A stretch of 10,982 bases of DNA, taken from Octopus sinensis. Its lineage: Eukaryota. The notes below the pieces were generated by a model. It did not search any database. It was not told the origin of the DNA and saw only the letters and a list, made by a program, of their open reading frames with translations. The stretch covers positions 1 to 10,982 of the forward strand of contig NW_021827124.1 of assembly GCF_006345805.1 (NCBI RefSeq), written 5' to 3'. The position numbers were made by a program, and so were the translations under genes. Shown in pieces: positions 1-8,242 of the stretch (positions within the stretch are counted from its first letter, which is position 1; the number at the start of each line of letters is the position of its first letter).

Positions 1-189
1 ACATACATACATGCATACACGCATACACACATATAGTTGCAAATATATTGATGCAATATAGATATATAAAAACATGTAAGATGCATATGAAATATATATA
101 CATATTAGAAATGTATATAGAAATGTATAAAACATCTATATATAAAAGATGTATAATCAGAGGAAATGTATATAATATATATATATATA
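1..189. repeat. AT/ACAT-rich low-complexity microsatellite
   Basis: (ACAT)n, (AT)n and degenerate AT-rich runs. Confidence 0.9.
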
Positions 190-437
190 CTCTTTTACTC
201 TTTTACTTGTTTCAGTCATTTGACTGCGGCCATGCTGGAGCACCGCTTTTTAGTCGAGCCCAGGACTTATTCTTCATAAGCCCAGTACTTATTCTATCGG
301 TCTCTTTTGCCGAACCGCTAAGTGACTGGGACGTAAACACACCTTTAGTTGGGCAAATCGAACCCCAGGACTTATTCTTCGTAAGCCTAGTACTTATTCT
401 ATCGGTATCTTTTGCCGAACCACTAAGTTACGGGGAC
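190..437 (-). mobile_element. SINE family A, 3' portion with internal duplication
   Basis: Reverse complement of the 3' half of 8243-8640 (tail tactcttttactcttttacttgtttcagtc). The segment cccaggacttattcttc...gccgaacc.ctaagt occurs twice (~259-323 and ~364-428). Confidence 0.85.
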
Positions 438-546
438 TTTGAGATGGTGCAGAATGCATTCACTTTTGGTGAGCCTCTTTCGTGATGTGGATTTTCTTTG
501 CCCCAAATGCGAACGTTTTGCTTGTTCACATTGCTATTCGTATGGA

Positions 547-934
547 GTGGAGGCACAATGGCCCAGTGGTTAGGGCAGCAGACTCGCGGTCATAGGATTG
601 CGGTTTCGATTCCCAGACCGGGCGTTGTGAGTGTTTATTGAGCGAAAACACTTAAAAGTTCCACGAGGCTCCGGCAGGGGATGGTGGTGATCCCTGCTGT
701 ACTCTTTCACCACAACTTTCTCTCACTCTTACTTCCTGTTTCTGTTGTACCTGTATTTCAAGGGGCCGGCCTTGTCACTCTCTGTGTCACGCTGAATATC
801 CCCGAGAACTACGTTAAGGGTACACGAGTCTGTGGAGTGCTCAGCCACTTACATGTTAATTTCACGAGCAGGCTGTTCCGTTGATTCGGATCAACCGGAA
901 CCCTCGTCGTCGTAACCGATGGAGTGCTTCCACC
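547..934 (+). mobile_element. Full-length tRNA-derived SINE with 11-bp TSD
   Basis: A box tggcccagtgg and B-box-like gtttcgattcc in a tRNA-like head. The direct repeat attcgtatgga flanks it at 536-546 and 935-945. May correspond to an octopus OR-type (tRNA-Arg-derived) family, not verified. Confidence 0.9.
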
Positions 935-1103
935 ATTCGTATGGAATGTGGCCTCATCACTGAAAACAGACAATTTTCAAAGTCTTCGAGTTTCTCTTGC
1001 ATTACTTCCCAGTGCTTTTTACACTTGTGCTTCTCAACAGGCTTTCAATTCTGCTCAAGCTGATGTTTGTAGGGGGTCAACCACAAGCATTTTTCTTATG
1101 ACA

Positions 1104-1644
1104 AGTTCATTCATTCTCGAGCCATGCTAGTGCCGGTGGTACGTAAGAGAACCATCCGAACATGGCCGTTGCCAGCACCGCCCCAACTGGCCTCATGCCA
1201 GTGGCATGTAAAAAGCACCATCCGATCATGGCTGTTTGCCAGCCTCGCCTGGCCCCCATGCCAGTGACATGTAAAAAGCATCATCCGATCATGGCCGTTT
1301 GCCAGCCTCGCCTGGCCCCCGTGCCAGTGACATGTAAAAAGCACCATCCGATCGTGGCTGTTTGCCAGCCTCACCTGGCCCCCATGCCGGTGGCACATAA
1401 AAAGCACCATCCATGCTAGGCTCATAAGGGCCGGTTTCCTGGTTTCAGAGGCATAGAAACTTCTCGCCTAGACGGGACACTGGTCCATCGCAGCGTTACT
1501 CATTTTGCCAGCTGAGTGGACTGGAGCAACGTGAAATGAAGTGTTTTGCTCAAGAACACAACGCGTCGCCGGGTCCAGGAATCGAAACCACAATCTTACG
1601 ATCAAGAGTTCAACACCCTTACCACTAAGCCATGTGCCTCCACA
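1104..1644 (-). mobile_element. tRNA-derived SINE with 9-bp TSD, interrupted at 1131-1410
   Basis: Minus-strand head gtggaggcacatggcttagtggtaaggg...gtttcgattcc, similar to the 547 head but with a different body (gcgatggaccagtgtcccgtc, V-domain-like). TSD cttatgaca at 1095-1103 and 1645-1653. Confidence 0.85.
1131..1410 (+). repeat. 63-bp minisatellite (~4.5 units) derived from the RTE LINE 3' UTR
   Basis: Period 63 (gccagtg/gccggtg at 1197, 1260, 1323, 1386). The motif tggcacgtaaaaagcacc also occurs in the RTE 3' UTR at ~2935-3075 (-) and at ~9053. Flanked by ccatgctag at 1122-1130 and 1411-1419. Confidence 0.85.
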
Positions 1645-1818
1645 CTTATGACATGCCAAACGGTTGACTTGGGGTTCCAGGTTTCAAGTCTTTCACTTTG
1701 CACAGATTTCTTTGGACTTCAACTAAGCATTTCCCAAAATTGGTTCCCCATCTCTCCTAAAACTGCTGGCCATCCAGATCCTTTTTTTCCAGCACAAAAA
1801 GCTTTCCTCTCGAAACTT

Positions 1819-2262
1819 AAGCTGGCTACACGTATGGTTCTTGGTCTCAAGCATTTGTCTTATGAAGAAAGGCTGAAGACGCTCGACCTATATTCTCTCG
1901 AAAAACGACGACGCCGTGGTGATCTCATTCTTGCTCACAACATCATAAGCGGAAAGTGTAACCTCTCGAAGGAGCTGTTCTTCACTCCTGCCCCAGAGCG
2001 TCAGCTGCGGGGTCACTCCGAAAAGCTCTATCTGCGACGATTTCATCTCAATCGAAGGAGAGGGGCTTTCTCCATCCGGGTTGGGGATCCGTGGAATAAG
2101 CTGCCGGACAAGATAGTGAAGATGCTGACGACCGCTCAGTTCAAAGTCTCTCTTGACCAGAAATGGCCTGAACTCTTTGCATGAACACCCTCCCTGTACG
2201 TAACTCCATGTCCCCCTACATGTCCTTGCTTTTGCTTTTTGAGCCAAAAAATTAATTTAACT
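1819..2262 (+). mobile_element. 5'-truncated CR1-clade LINE: ORF2 C-terminus plus 3' UTR
   Basis: KLATRMVLGLKHLSYEERLKTLDLYSLEKRRRRGDLI...RGHSEKL...FSIRV.DPWNKLP...FKVSLD is the typical CR1 ORF2 tail; stop at 2182-2184. Confidence 0.9.
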
Positions 2263-2282
2263 ATATATACACACACACATAG

Positions 2283-2585
2283 AGAGTCGGCTGTGGGGTC
2301 ACTCCGAAAAGCTCTATCTGCGACAATTTCATCTCAATCGAAGGAGAGGGGCTTTCTCCATCCGGGTTGCAGATCCGTGGAATAAGCTGCCGGACGAGAT
2401 AGTGAAGATGCCGACGACCGCTCGGTTCAAAGTATCTCTTGACCAGAAATGGCCTGAACTCTTTGCATGAACACCCTCCCTGTACATAACTCCATGAACC
2501 CCTACATGGCCTTGCTTTTTGCTTTTTGCTTTTTGAGCCAATAAAAATTGAATTAACTTAACTTAACTTAACTTAACTTAACTTA
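2283..2585 (+). mobile_element. Second, shorter CR1 3' copy with (AACTT)n tail
   Basis: Near-identical to ~1996-2250; ends in (aactt)n at ~2555-2585. Confidence 0.9.
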
Positions 2586-2651
2586 GATACAATTTTGTAA
2601 TTTCCATTGTTGTAGGGAATTAGTAAGGCCAGTTGACATTGCCTATAGCAG

Positions 2652-2768
2652 AAAAGGATGAAAGGCAAAGTCGACCTTGATGGAATTTGAACCGAGAACA
2701 TAAAGACAGATGAAATGCCACTAAGCATTTTACCCAGTGTGCTAACAATTCAGCCTGCTTGCCACCTT
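2652..2768 (-). mobile_element. SINE family C head (Meta-domain-like), 3'-truncated
   Basis: Minus strand ggtggcaagcaggctgaattgttagc...ggttcaaattcc...gtcgactttgcctttcatcctt; the gcctttcatcctt segment resembles the MetaSINE central domain. Confidence 0.7.
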
Positions 2769-3457
2769 CATCATCATCATCGCCATCGTTTAACGTCCGC
2801 TTTCCATGCTAGCGTGGGTTGGACGGTTTGACCGGGGTCTGGGAAGCCAGAAGCCTGCACCAGGCCCAGTCTGATCTGGCAGTGTTTCTACGGCTGGATG
2901 CCCTTCCTAACGCCAACCACTCCGTGAGTGTAGTGGGTGCTTTTTATGTGCCAGACAAGGCTGGCAAGCAGCCACGATTGGATGGACCTTTTTACGTGCC
3001 ACCGGCACGGAGGCCAGTCGGGGCAGCGCTGGCAACAGCTACATTCGAATAGTTCTCTTATGTGCCACTGGCACTGGTATCACAGCTACAATTTCCATTT
3101 CCAGTATAGTTTTGTGTCCCAAGAAGGAAAGGTATGCATAAGTGGACTGGCTACATCCCATGTAGAAGGCCACAGGTTATGGTCTCACTTGTTCTGCCGG
3201 GTCTTCCCACACACAGCATACTTCCAAAGGTCTCGGTCTCTAGTCATTTCCTCAGTGAGACCTAAAGTTCGAAGGTCATGCTTCGCCACCTCGTCCCAGG
3301 TTTTCCTGGGTCTACCTCTTCCACAGCTTCCCTCAACCACTAGGGTGTGGTACTTTTGCACACAACTATCTTCATCCATTCTTGCCACATGACCATACCA
3401 GCGCAAACGTCTCTTTTGCACACCACATCTGATGCTTCTTAGGTCCAACTTTTCTCT
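2769..3457 (-). mobile_element. 5'-truncated RTE-clade LINE (ORF2 end, 3' UTR, (GAT)n tail)
   Basis: RRLRWYGHVARMDED...VEGSCGRGRPRKTWDE...DRDLWK, stop at 3185-3187. The 3' UTR has ~60-bp repeats and ggttggcgttaggaagggcatccagc; (TCA)n at 2769-2781 on the + strand. Confidence 0.92.
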
Positions 3458-3459
3458 AA

Positions 3460-3578
3460 TGATAATAATAATAATCCTTTCTACTTTAGGCAGAAGTGGA
3501 GGGGGGCGAGTCAATAAGTACCCCAGTACTTGGTTGGTACTTATTTTTTGTTTTGACCCTGAATAGATGAAAGACAAG
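3460..3578 (-). mobile_element. Degenerate SINE family C 3' part with (ATT)n tail
   Basis: Minus strand gtctttcatctattcagggtcaaaa...taagtacc...agtagaaaggattattattatt. Confidence 0.55.
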
Positions 3579-3810
3579 AGCAAAAAGAGTTTGAAGAATG
3601 TCCGAATGGAATTATTGATCTTGAACAGTGTGGAGGAAAATTGTAATTTTGGTGAGAAAGGGTTATTTGCTGTTTGCTTCTATCTAGAAATCAAAGGAAA
3701 TGACTACTGTTCCCTTCACACTTTGCTTTTGTGCTCGGGACCTGATCAATGTGTGGAAACTGATCCATTTTCCATTACGGAAATTTCGTTAGGGCAAATA
3801 TTCTGGGGCT

Positions 3811-4120
3811 CTCTCTTTCTCCCTCTCTCTCTCCCTCTCCCCCTCCCTCTCTCTCTCTCTCTCCCTCTCTCTCTCTATCCCTCTCTCTCTCTATCCCCCT
3901 CTCTCTATTCCCCTCTCTATATCCCTCTCTCTCTATATATATCCCTCTCTCTCTCTCTCTCTCTCTCTATCCCTCTCTCTCTCTATCCCCGCTCTCTCTA
4001 TCCCTCTCTCTCTCCCCCTCTCTCTCTCTATCCCTCTCTCTCTCTATCCCTCTCTCCCTCTCTCTCCTCTCTCTTCCCTCCTCTCTCTCCTCTCTCTCTC
4101 TCTCTCTCCCTCTCTATCCC
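3811..4120. repeat. ~310-bp CT-rich (CTCT/CTATCC) polypyrimidine microsatellite
   Basis: Almost entirely C/T with sparse A, directly upstream of the putative ATG. Confidence 0.95.
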
Positions 4121-4252
4121 TGTCATCGTCCACTTTCTACAAAATCTGTGTCTAATGTTTCTGTGTTTTTTTTCTCTTCTTTCCTCTCTTTCATCCAAAC
4201 CTTGTGCGTTGCCCTTGCTGGAGCAGACAACCGATCCATCGCTGTGTTTAAT

Positions 4253-4615
4253 ATGTATAAGAACATCACCTCATATATCGTAATCTGTCTTTGCCTTTCA
4301 CTGTCCGAAGAAATCTCGCTGAAATCCGAACGTGGCCCTGGACACAAAGCGGAGGTCTTGCCAAGTGACTACACCAACCAACAACAACAACAAGAGCAAC
4401 AGCAACAGCAGCCAAAAGAAATGCATCTCCAGTACTGTGACCACCACCACCAACATAGGGATGTACAACAGCAGCAGCAGCAGCAGCCAAAGCAGCAGCA
4501 GCCACAACAGCAAAAGCAAAAGCGCAGCCAACCGCATTACTACTCCTCCTACCACCTTGTCACACCCCACTACCACCAACACCACCACCAACACAACCAC
4601 CACCACAACCACCAT

Positions 4616-4648
<33 letters not shown>

Positions 4649-5298
4649 CAGCAACAACAACAATTGCAAAATGACCAACTGTACAGCAATCATAATCATC
4701 ATCAGCATCATCATCATCATCATCATAATCGTCGTCTCCGTCGCCGTCGTCGTCATAAGTCGGAGCAGCAGCATCCGCAATTCCGCGAGCGCCATCTGGC
4801 GTCGTCGACGTCAGAGCATCGACCTCAACCGGTGGCGTCCGCGCCGTCATCGCCGCTATCATCACTGCCACCACCACCACCACCACCACCACCACCACCA
4901 CCAACACCGACACCGACAACAACAGCACCGTTGTCGTCATCATCACCATCGTCATCACCATCGTCATCACAGCTAAAACCACTGCCGCAGAGCAAGCACG
5001 GCCGCCCCCACCGCCAGCCACCACCACGAACCCCGCCGCCGTCGCCACCGTCCCAAAGTCCGCCGTCCCAAACTCCGCCGTCGCCATCGTTCGGGTGCCA
5101 AGGGGGGACAACGACAGAGCGACGGGGCCGAAAAGCAGAAGATCCCCGAATACATATTGGAACTGTTTGAGTATGTGAAACAAGTCGAGGGGAACCTAGT
5201 TGAGGAGTACAATCCCCTGGCTAACCTCGGAGCCGCCGACGCCACTGTTACCACGGAAACTGTTCGACCACTAATTAAAGGATTATTATCAAAAAGCC
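4253..5298 (+). CDS. Putative first coding exon of a secreted TGF-beta/BMP-superfamily ligand (signal peptide plus prodomain N-terminus), with apparent +1 frameshift between 4977 and ~5130
   Basis: ATG 4253 gives MYKNITSYIVICLCLSLSEE (signal-peptide-like), then poly-Q/H/P/S. The next frame (codons starting at positions divisible by 3) is open 4977-5298 and reads EKQKIPEYILELFEYVKQVEGNLVEEYNPLANLGAADATVTTETVRPLIKGLLSKS. This resembles prodomain P.YML.LY and (A)NTVRSF/TTETI motifs and ends at a consensus phase-1 donor C|GTAAGT. Confidence 0.6.
4378..4970 (+). repeat. Compound trinucleotide repeats (CAA/CAG/CAC/CAT/CGT/CCA/TCA)
   Basis: Successive codon-phase repeats giving poly-Q, poly-H, poly-R, poly-P and poly-S in the ATG frame. 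Confidence 0.9.
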
Positions 5299-5304
5299 GT
5301 AAGT
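5299..5304 (+). promoter_or_regulatory. 5' splice donor GTAAGT
   Basis: Perfect intronic consensus at the GC-rich to T-rich transition. Confidence 0.7.
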
Positions 5305-5392
5305 CATTTTTTTTTCATTTTTAAAGTTTCAGGTGAGAAACTAATTGAAAAACCTCGTTAATTCCTCGAGCAGGGAATAATTTACCTGTGAT

Positions 5393-6310
5393 GTTTGTTG
5401 TTGTTGTTGTTGTTGTTGTTTTAGCCCCAGGTCTGACCTGATCCAGCAGACCTATGATCAAAGACGTTCCAGCTGGGACCATTTTGTCTTTTATTCAGGC
5501 ATAGTGTATCAAGGACTACATTATCTAATGTGCCTGTTCTTGTTGTGTAGTCCTAGGTCAGTCCAGATCCAGTATACTTATGAGGAAAGATCTTCCAGTC
5601 ATGACCATCCTGTCTTTTTTTCAGCCATAGTTCATTTAAGACTACATTATCTCATACATCCTTGTCTGTTGTTGTTTAGCCACAGGTCAGTCCTGATCCA
5701 ACACACTTATGGCCAAAGACGTTCCGGCTGTGACCATCCTGTCTTTTATTATTCATGCATTGTGTATCTAGGAGTACATTATCTAATGTGTCCTTCCTTG
5801 TTGTTGTTTAGCCACAGGTCAGTCCTAGTCCAGTAGACCTATGATCAAAGATATTCCAGTTGTGACCATCCTGTCTTTTATTATTCATGCATAGTGTATC
5901 TAGGAGTACTTTATCTAATGTGTCCTTCCTTGTTGTTGTTTAGCCACAGGTCAGTCCTAGTCCAGTGGACCTATGATCAAAGATATTCCAGCTGTGACCA
6001 TCCTGTCTTTTATTATTCATGAATCGTGTATCTAGGAGTACATTATCTAATGTGTCCTTCCTTGTTGTTGTTTAGCCACAGGTCAGTCTTGATCCAGCAG
6101 ACCTATGATCAAAGATATTCCAACCATGACCATCCTGTCTTTTATCCTAGCATAGTGTATCTAAGACTGCATTATCCAATATGTTCATCCCTTATCAAAC
6201 GAATTCAGATCTAATTAACTATCATTCAAAGACACTCCATCTATGGCCATTCTTACTGCTCTTCAGACCTAAGTTTACCTCGGACTACACATTCTAAAGT
6301 GTCTTTCCTA
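5393..6310. repeat. Tandem array of 126-132-bp units (6 clear plus 1 degenerate), each led by (TTG)n
   Basis: tagcc(a/c)cagg-type anchors at 5422, 5548, 5677, 5809, 5941 and 6073; degenerate unit at ~6220-6310. Confidence 0.9.
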
Positions 6311-6629
6311 CATTTATTGAGACACTATTGAATGCTGCACCAGCCCTTTTTCTCGGAGTCTTCCGCCAGATTCAGTGACTAAAGGAAGCCCCTAATTCTG
6401 TTTGTTTGACAACAGTTAGCGGTTGAGTAAATGAAAGGTACAACATATGGCCTGGGGAAGTACATAAGGACACATAAACTGCCAGATTTTTGTTGGTCCC
6501 CGTTCATTGAAGACAGTTTTTCACACGGGAGGCCTGCGTTCATTTAGCATGTGTCATAGAGTTGTATAAACATTGCTACTGCTTGTCAACATCAACCTAT
6601 ATCTCCCTCCATTGACAACTTCTACCTTC

Positions 6630-6631
6630 AT

Positions 6632-6678
<47 letters not shown>

Positions 6679-7017
6679 CACTATATATATGTATTTACTA
6701 TATATATATATATCTATATATGTATGTATGTATTTATATATTGATATGTGTATAGACTTATAATAATGTATGTATATATCTATATATAAATTATATTATA
6801 TATATCTATATATATATATATAATGTATTATATATATATATATATACACACATACATACCTACCATGGACGCACATAGTGTATATGCATGTATACAAATG
6901 TACACACAGACCTCTCGATACAAATATATATATATAGAAATAAGTTTATATGTGCATACACACACCACACACACGCATACACACATGCACACACACATGC
7001 ACACGTGTATGTGTGTG
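6630..7017. repeat. (CA)n/(TA)n compound microsatellite
   Basis: Direct inspection. Confidence 0.95.
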
Positions 7018-7148
7018 TTTGCAAAGAACTTACAGGTTATTGAGTGGAAGCAGCCAAGTAAAGTTGTCCCTCATTTTACGAAAATATTTACATATTTACA
7101 GAAATAGTTTTGCAGATTTGCTCTAACGACTGATTTTTTAATGAACAT

Positions 7149-7320
7149 GTGTAGCTATGGCTGTGTGATTAAGTCGTTTGCTTCCCAACCACATGGTTCT
7201 AGGTTCAGTCCCACTGTGTGGCACCATCAGCAAATGTTTTCTGCTATACACCTAAGTCTTGTGAGTGGATTCGGTAGACAGAAACTGAAAGAAACCCATC
7301 ATATGTATGTGTGTGTGTGT
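7149..7320 (+). mobile_element. Diverged SINE family A 5' half
   Basis: tggctgtgtgattaag...ggttcagtcccactgtgtggcacc...gtagacagaaactgaaagaaaccc aligns with 8243-8400. Confidence 0.8.
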
Positions 7321-7376
7321 GCATCTATCTATATATATATACTTTATTTAAAAGCAGCAGAAATTCTAACAAATTT

Positions 7377-7430
7377 AACAAAACTGTCCGACGAACGGGA
7401 ACGTGAAATTCCGAGTAACAGGTTTTGTTG
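7377..7430 (+). ncRNA. Type I minimal hammerhead-ribozyme-like motif (U4C core), probably a Penelope-like element pseudo-LTR
   Basis: Stem I ctgt/acag (extended by aacaaaa/ttttgtt), core CCGACGA 7388-7394, stem II acg-ggaa-cgt, GAAA 7405-7408, short stem III ttccgag, GUA site ending at 7417. Confidence 0.6.
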
Positions 7431-7692
7431 AATTTCTGCTGCTTTAAATAAAGCATTTTACTCTACCCCTGGTATTTGAGTACTCTTTTTTTCCACCTTG
7501 TTTCACATTTATGTGTTTACTTTTATTTAATTTATATTAAATTTTTTTATGTATTGGATTAAGTCTTTCTTTGTTTGATTTGCAAAATAGTGGTTTTGTC
7601 TCTAATTAATATTATATAATATTTTGCTATTAAATTGGATTCAATCCTAAATCTGATTTTTCCCTGTAAATTTGGATTTATTCCCTAATATT

Positions 7693-7701
7693 TTATATAT
7701 A

Positions 7702-7744
<43 letters not shown>

Positions 7745-7829
7745 TACATATATACATATATATATTTATATATATATATATATATATATACATATATACA
7801 TATATACATATATATATATAATATATATA

Positions 7830-7880
<51 letters not shown>
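7693..7880. repeat. (AT)n microsatellite
   Basis: Direct inspection. Confidence 0.95.
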
Positions 7881-7881
<1 letters not shown>

Positions 7882-7883
<2 letters not shown>

Positions 7884-8030
7884 TGCATGAGTGGGTGTGA
7901 GGTAAGTAGCTTGCTTACCAACCACATTGTGCTGGGTTCTGTCCCACTGCATGGTACCTTGGACAAGTGTCTTCTACGATAGCCTCAGGCCGACCAAAGC
8001 TTTGGTGAGTGGAATTGAAAGAAGCCCATC
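7882..8030 (+). mobile_element. SINE family A 5' half
   Basis: Aligns with 8243-8403 and ends in (CA)n/(TA)n. Confidence 0.85.
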
Positions 8031-8032
8031 AT

Positions 8033-8062
<30 letters not shown>

Positions 8063-8065
<3 letters not shown>

Positions 8066-8141
8066 CAATAAGAGGCTTCCAAATAAGGAAGCGATGTGCT
8101 AGAACACAAACGCTTCGTTATTTGGAAGCCTCTTATTGTAT
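8063..8141. repeat. 79-nt near-perfect inverted repeat
   Basis: 8063-8086 is the exact reverse complement of 8118-8141; then one G.G mismatch, 6 more bp (gaagcg/cgcttc) and a 17-nt loop. Confidence 0.95.
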
Positions 8142-8242
8142 TTCTATATGAATAATATATAGTCTAATGACTAATTCATCTTTTGTGCTAGACCACTGGT
8201 AATAATAATTTATTATTATTACCCCATTTTATCGTATATATA

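Larger units (their letters stand above)
438..1796 (-). pseudogene. Degraded Tc1/mariner-superfamily transposase (rosa/DD41D-like motifs) in three pieces: 1654-1796, 946-1103, 438-546
   Basis: Manual minus-strand translation after removing inserts: CAGKKGSGWP...SPKKSVQSERLETWNPKSTVWHVIRK / LTPYKHQLEQ / VFSDEATFHTNSNVNKQNVRIWGKENPHHERGSPKVNAFCTISK. This gives an HTH region plus the first catalytic Asp motif FSDEA. Contains stops and frameshifts. Confidence 0.85.

Noticed and set aside
48-485. 145-aa ORF, and similar YIYI/HTHT ORFs between 6573 and 9893
   Set aside because: Translations of microsatellites and SINEs
547-625. Possible tRNA gene (also at 1570-1643 and 8243-8316)
   Set aside because: No proper cloverleaf; these are SINE heads continuing into repeat bodies
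1111-1425. ORFs with 21-aa Cys/His repeats; CRISPR-like periodicity
   Set aside because: A 63-bp tandem repeat with no unique spacers; open frames follow from the unit length
2586-2650. Possible continuation of the transposase beyond the CR1 pair
   Set aside because: Only weak similarity (KLQNCI) and no TSD found
3567-4283. 238-aa LSLS-rich ORF
   Set aside because: CT microsatellite that lacks stop codons
4974-4976. A-to-I editing of TAA to allow readthrough
   Set aside because: The upstream part of that frame has no signal-peptide start and reads as poly-T/N/I, so editing would not join the ATG frame
4266-5254. Overlapping antisense and alternate-frame ORFs (poly-L/M/V/D/I)
   Set aside because: Shadows of trinucleotide repeats
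5504-6214. Repetitive ORFs in the 132-bp array
   Set aside because: Units contain stops and no ATG or splice context; consequence of a unit length divisible by 3
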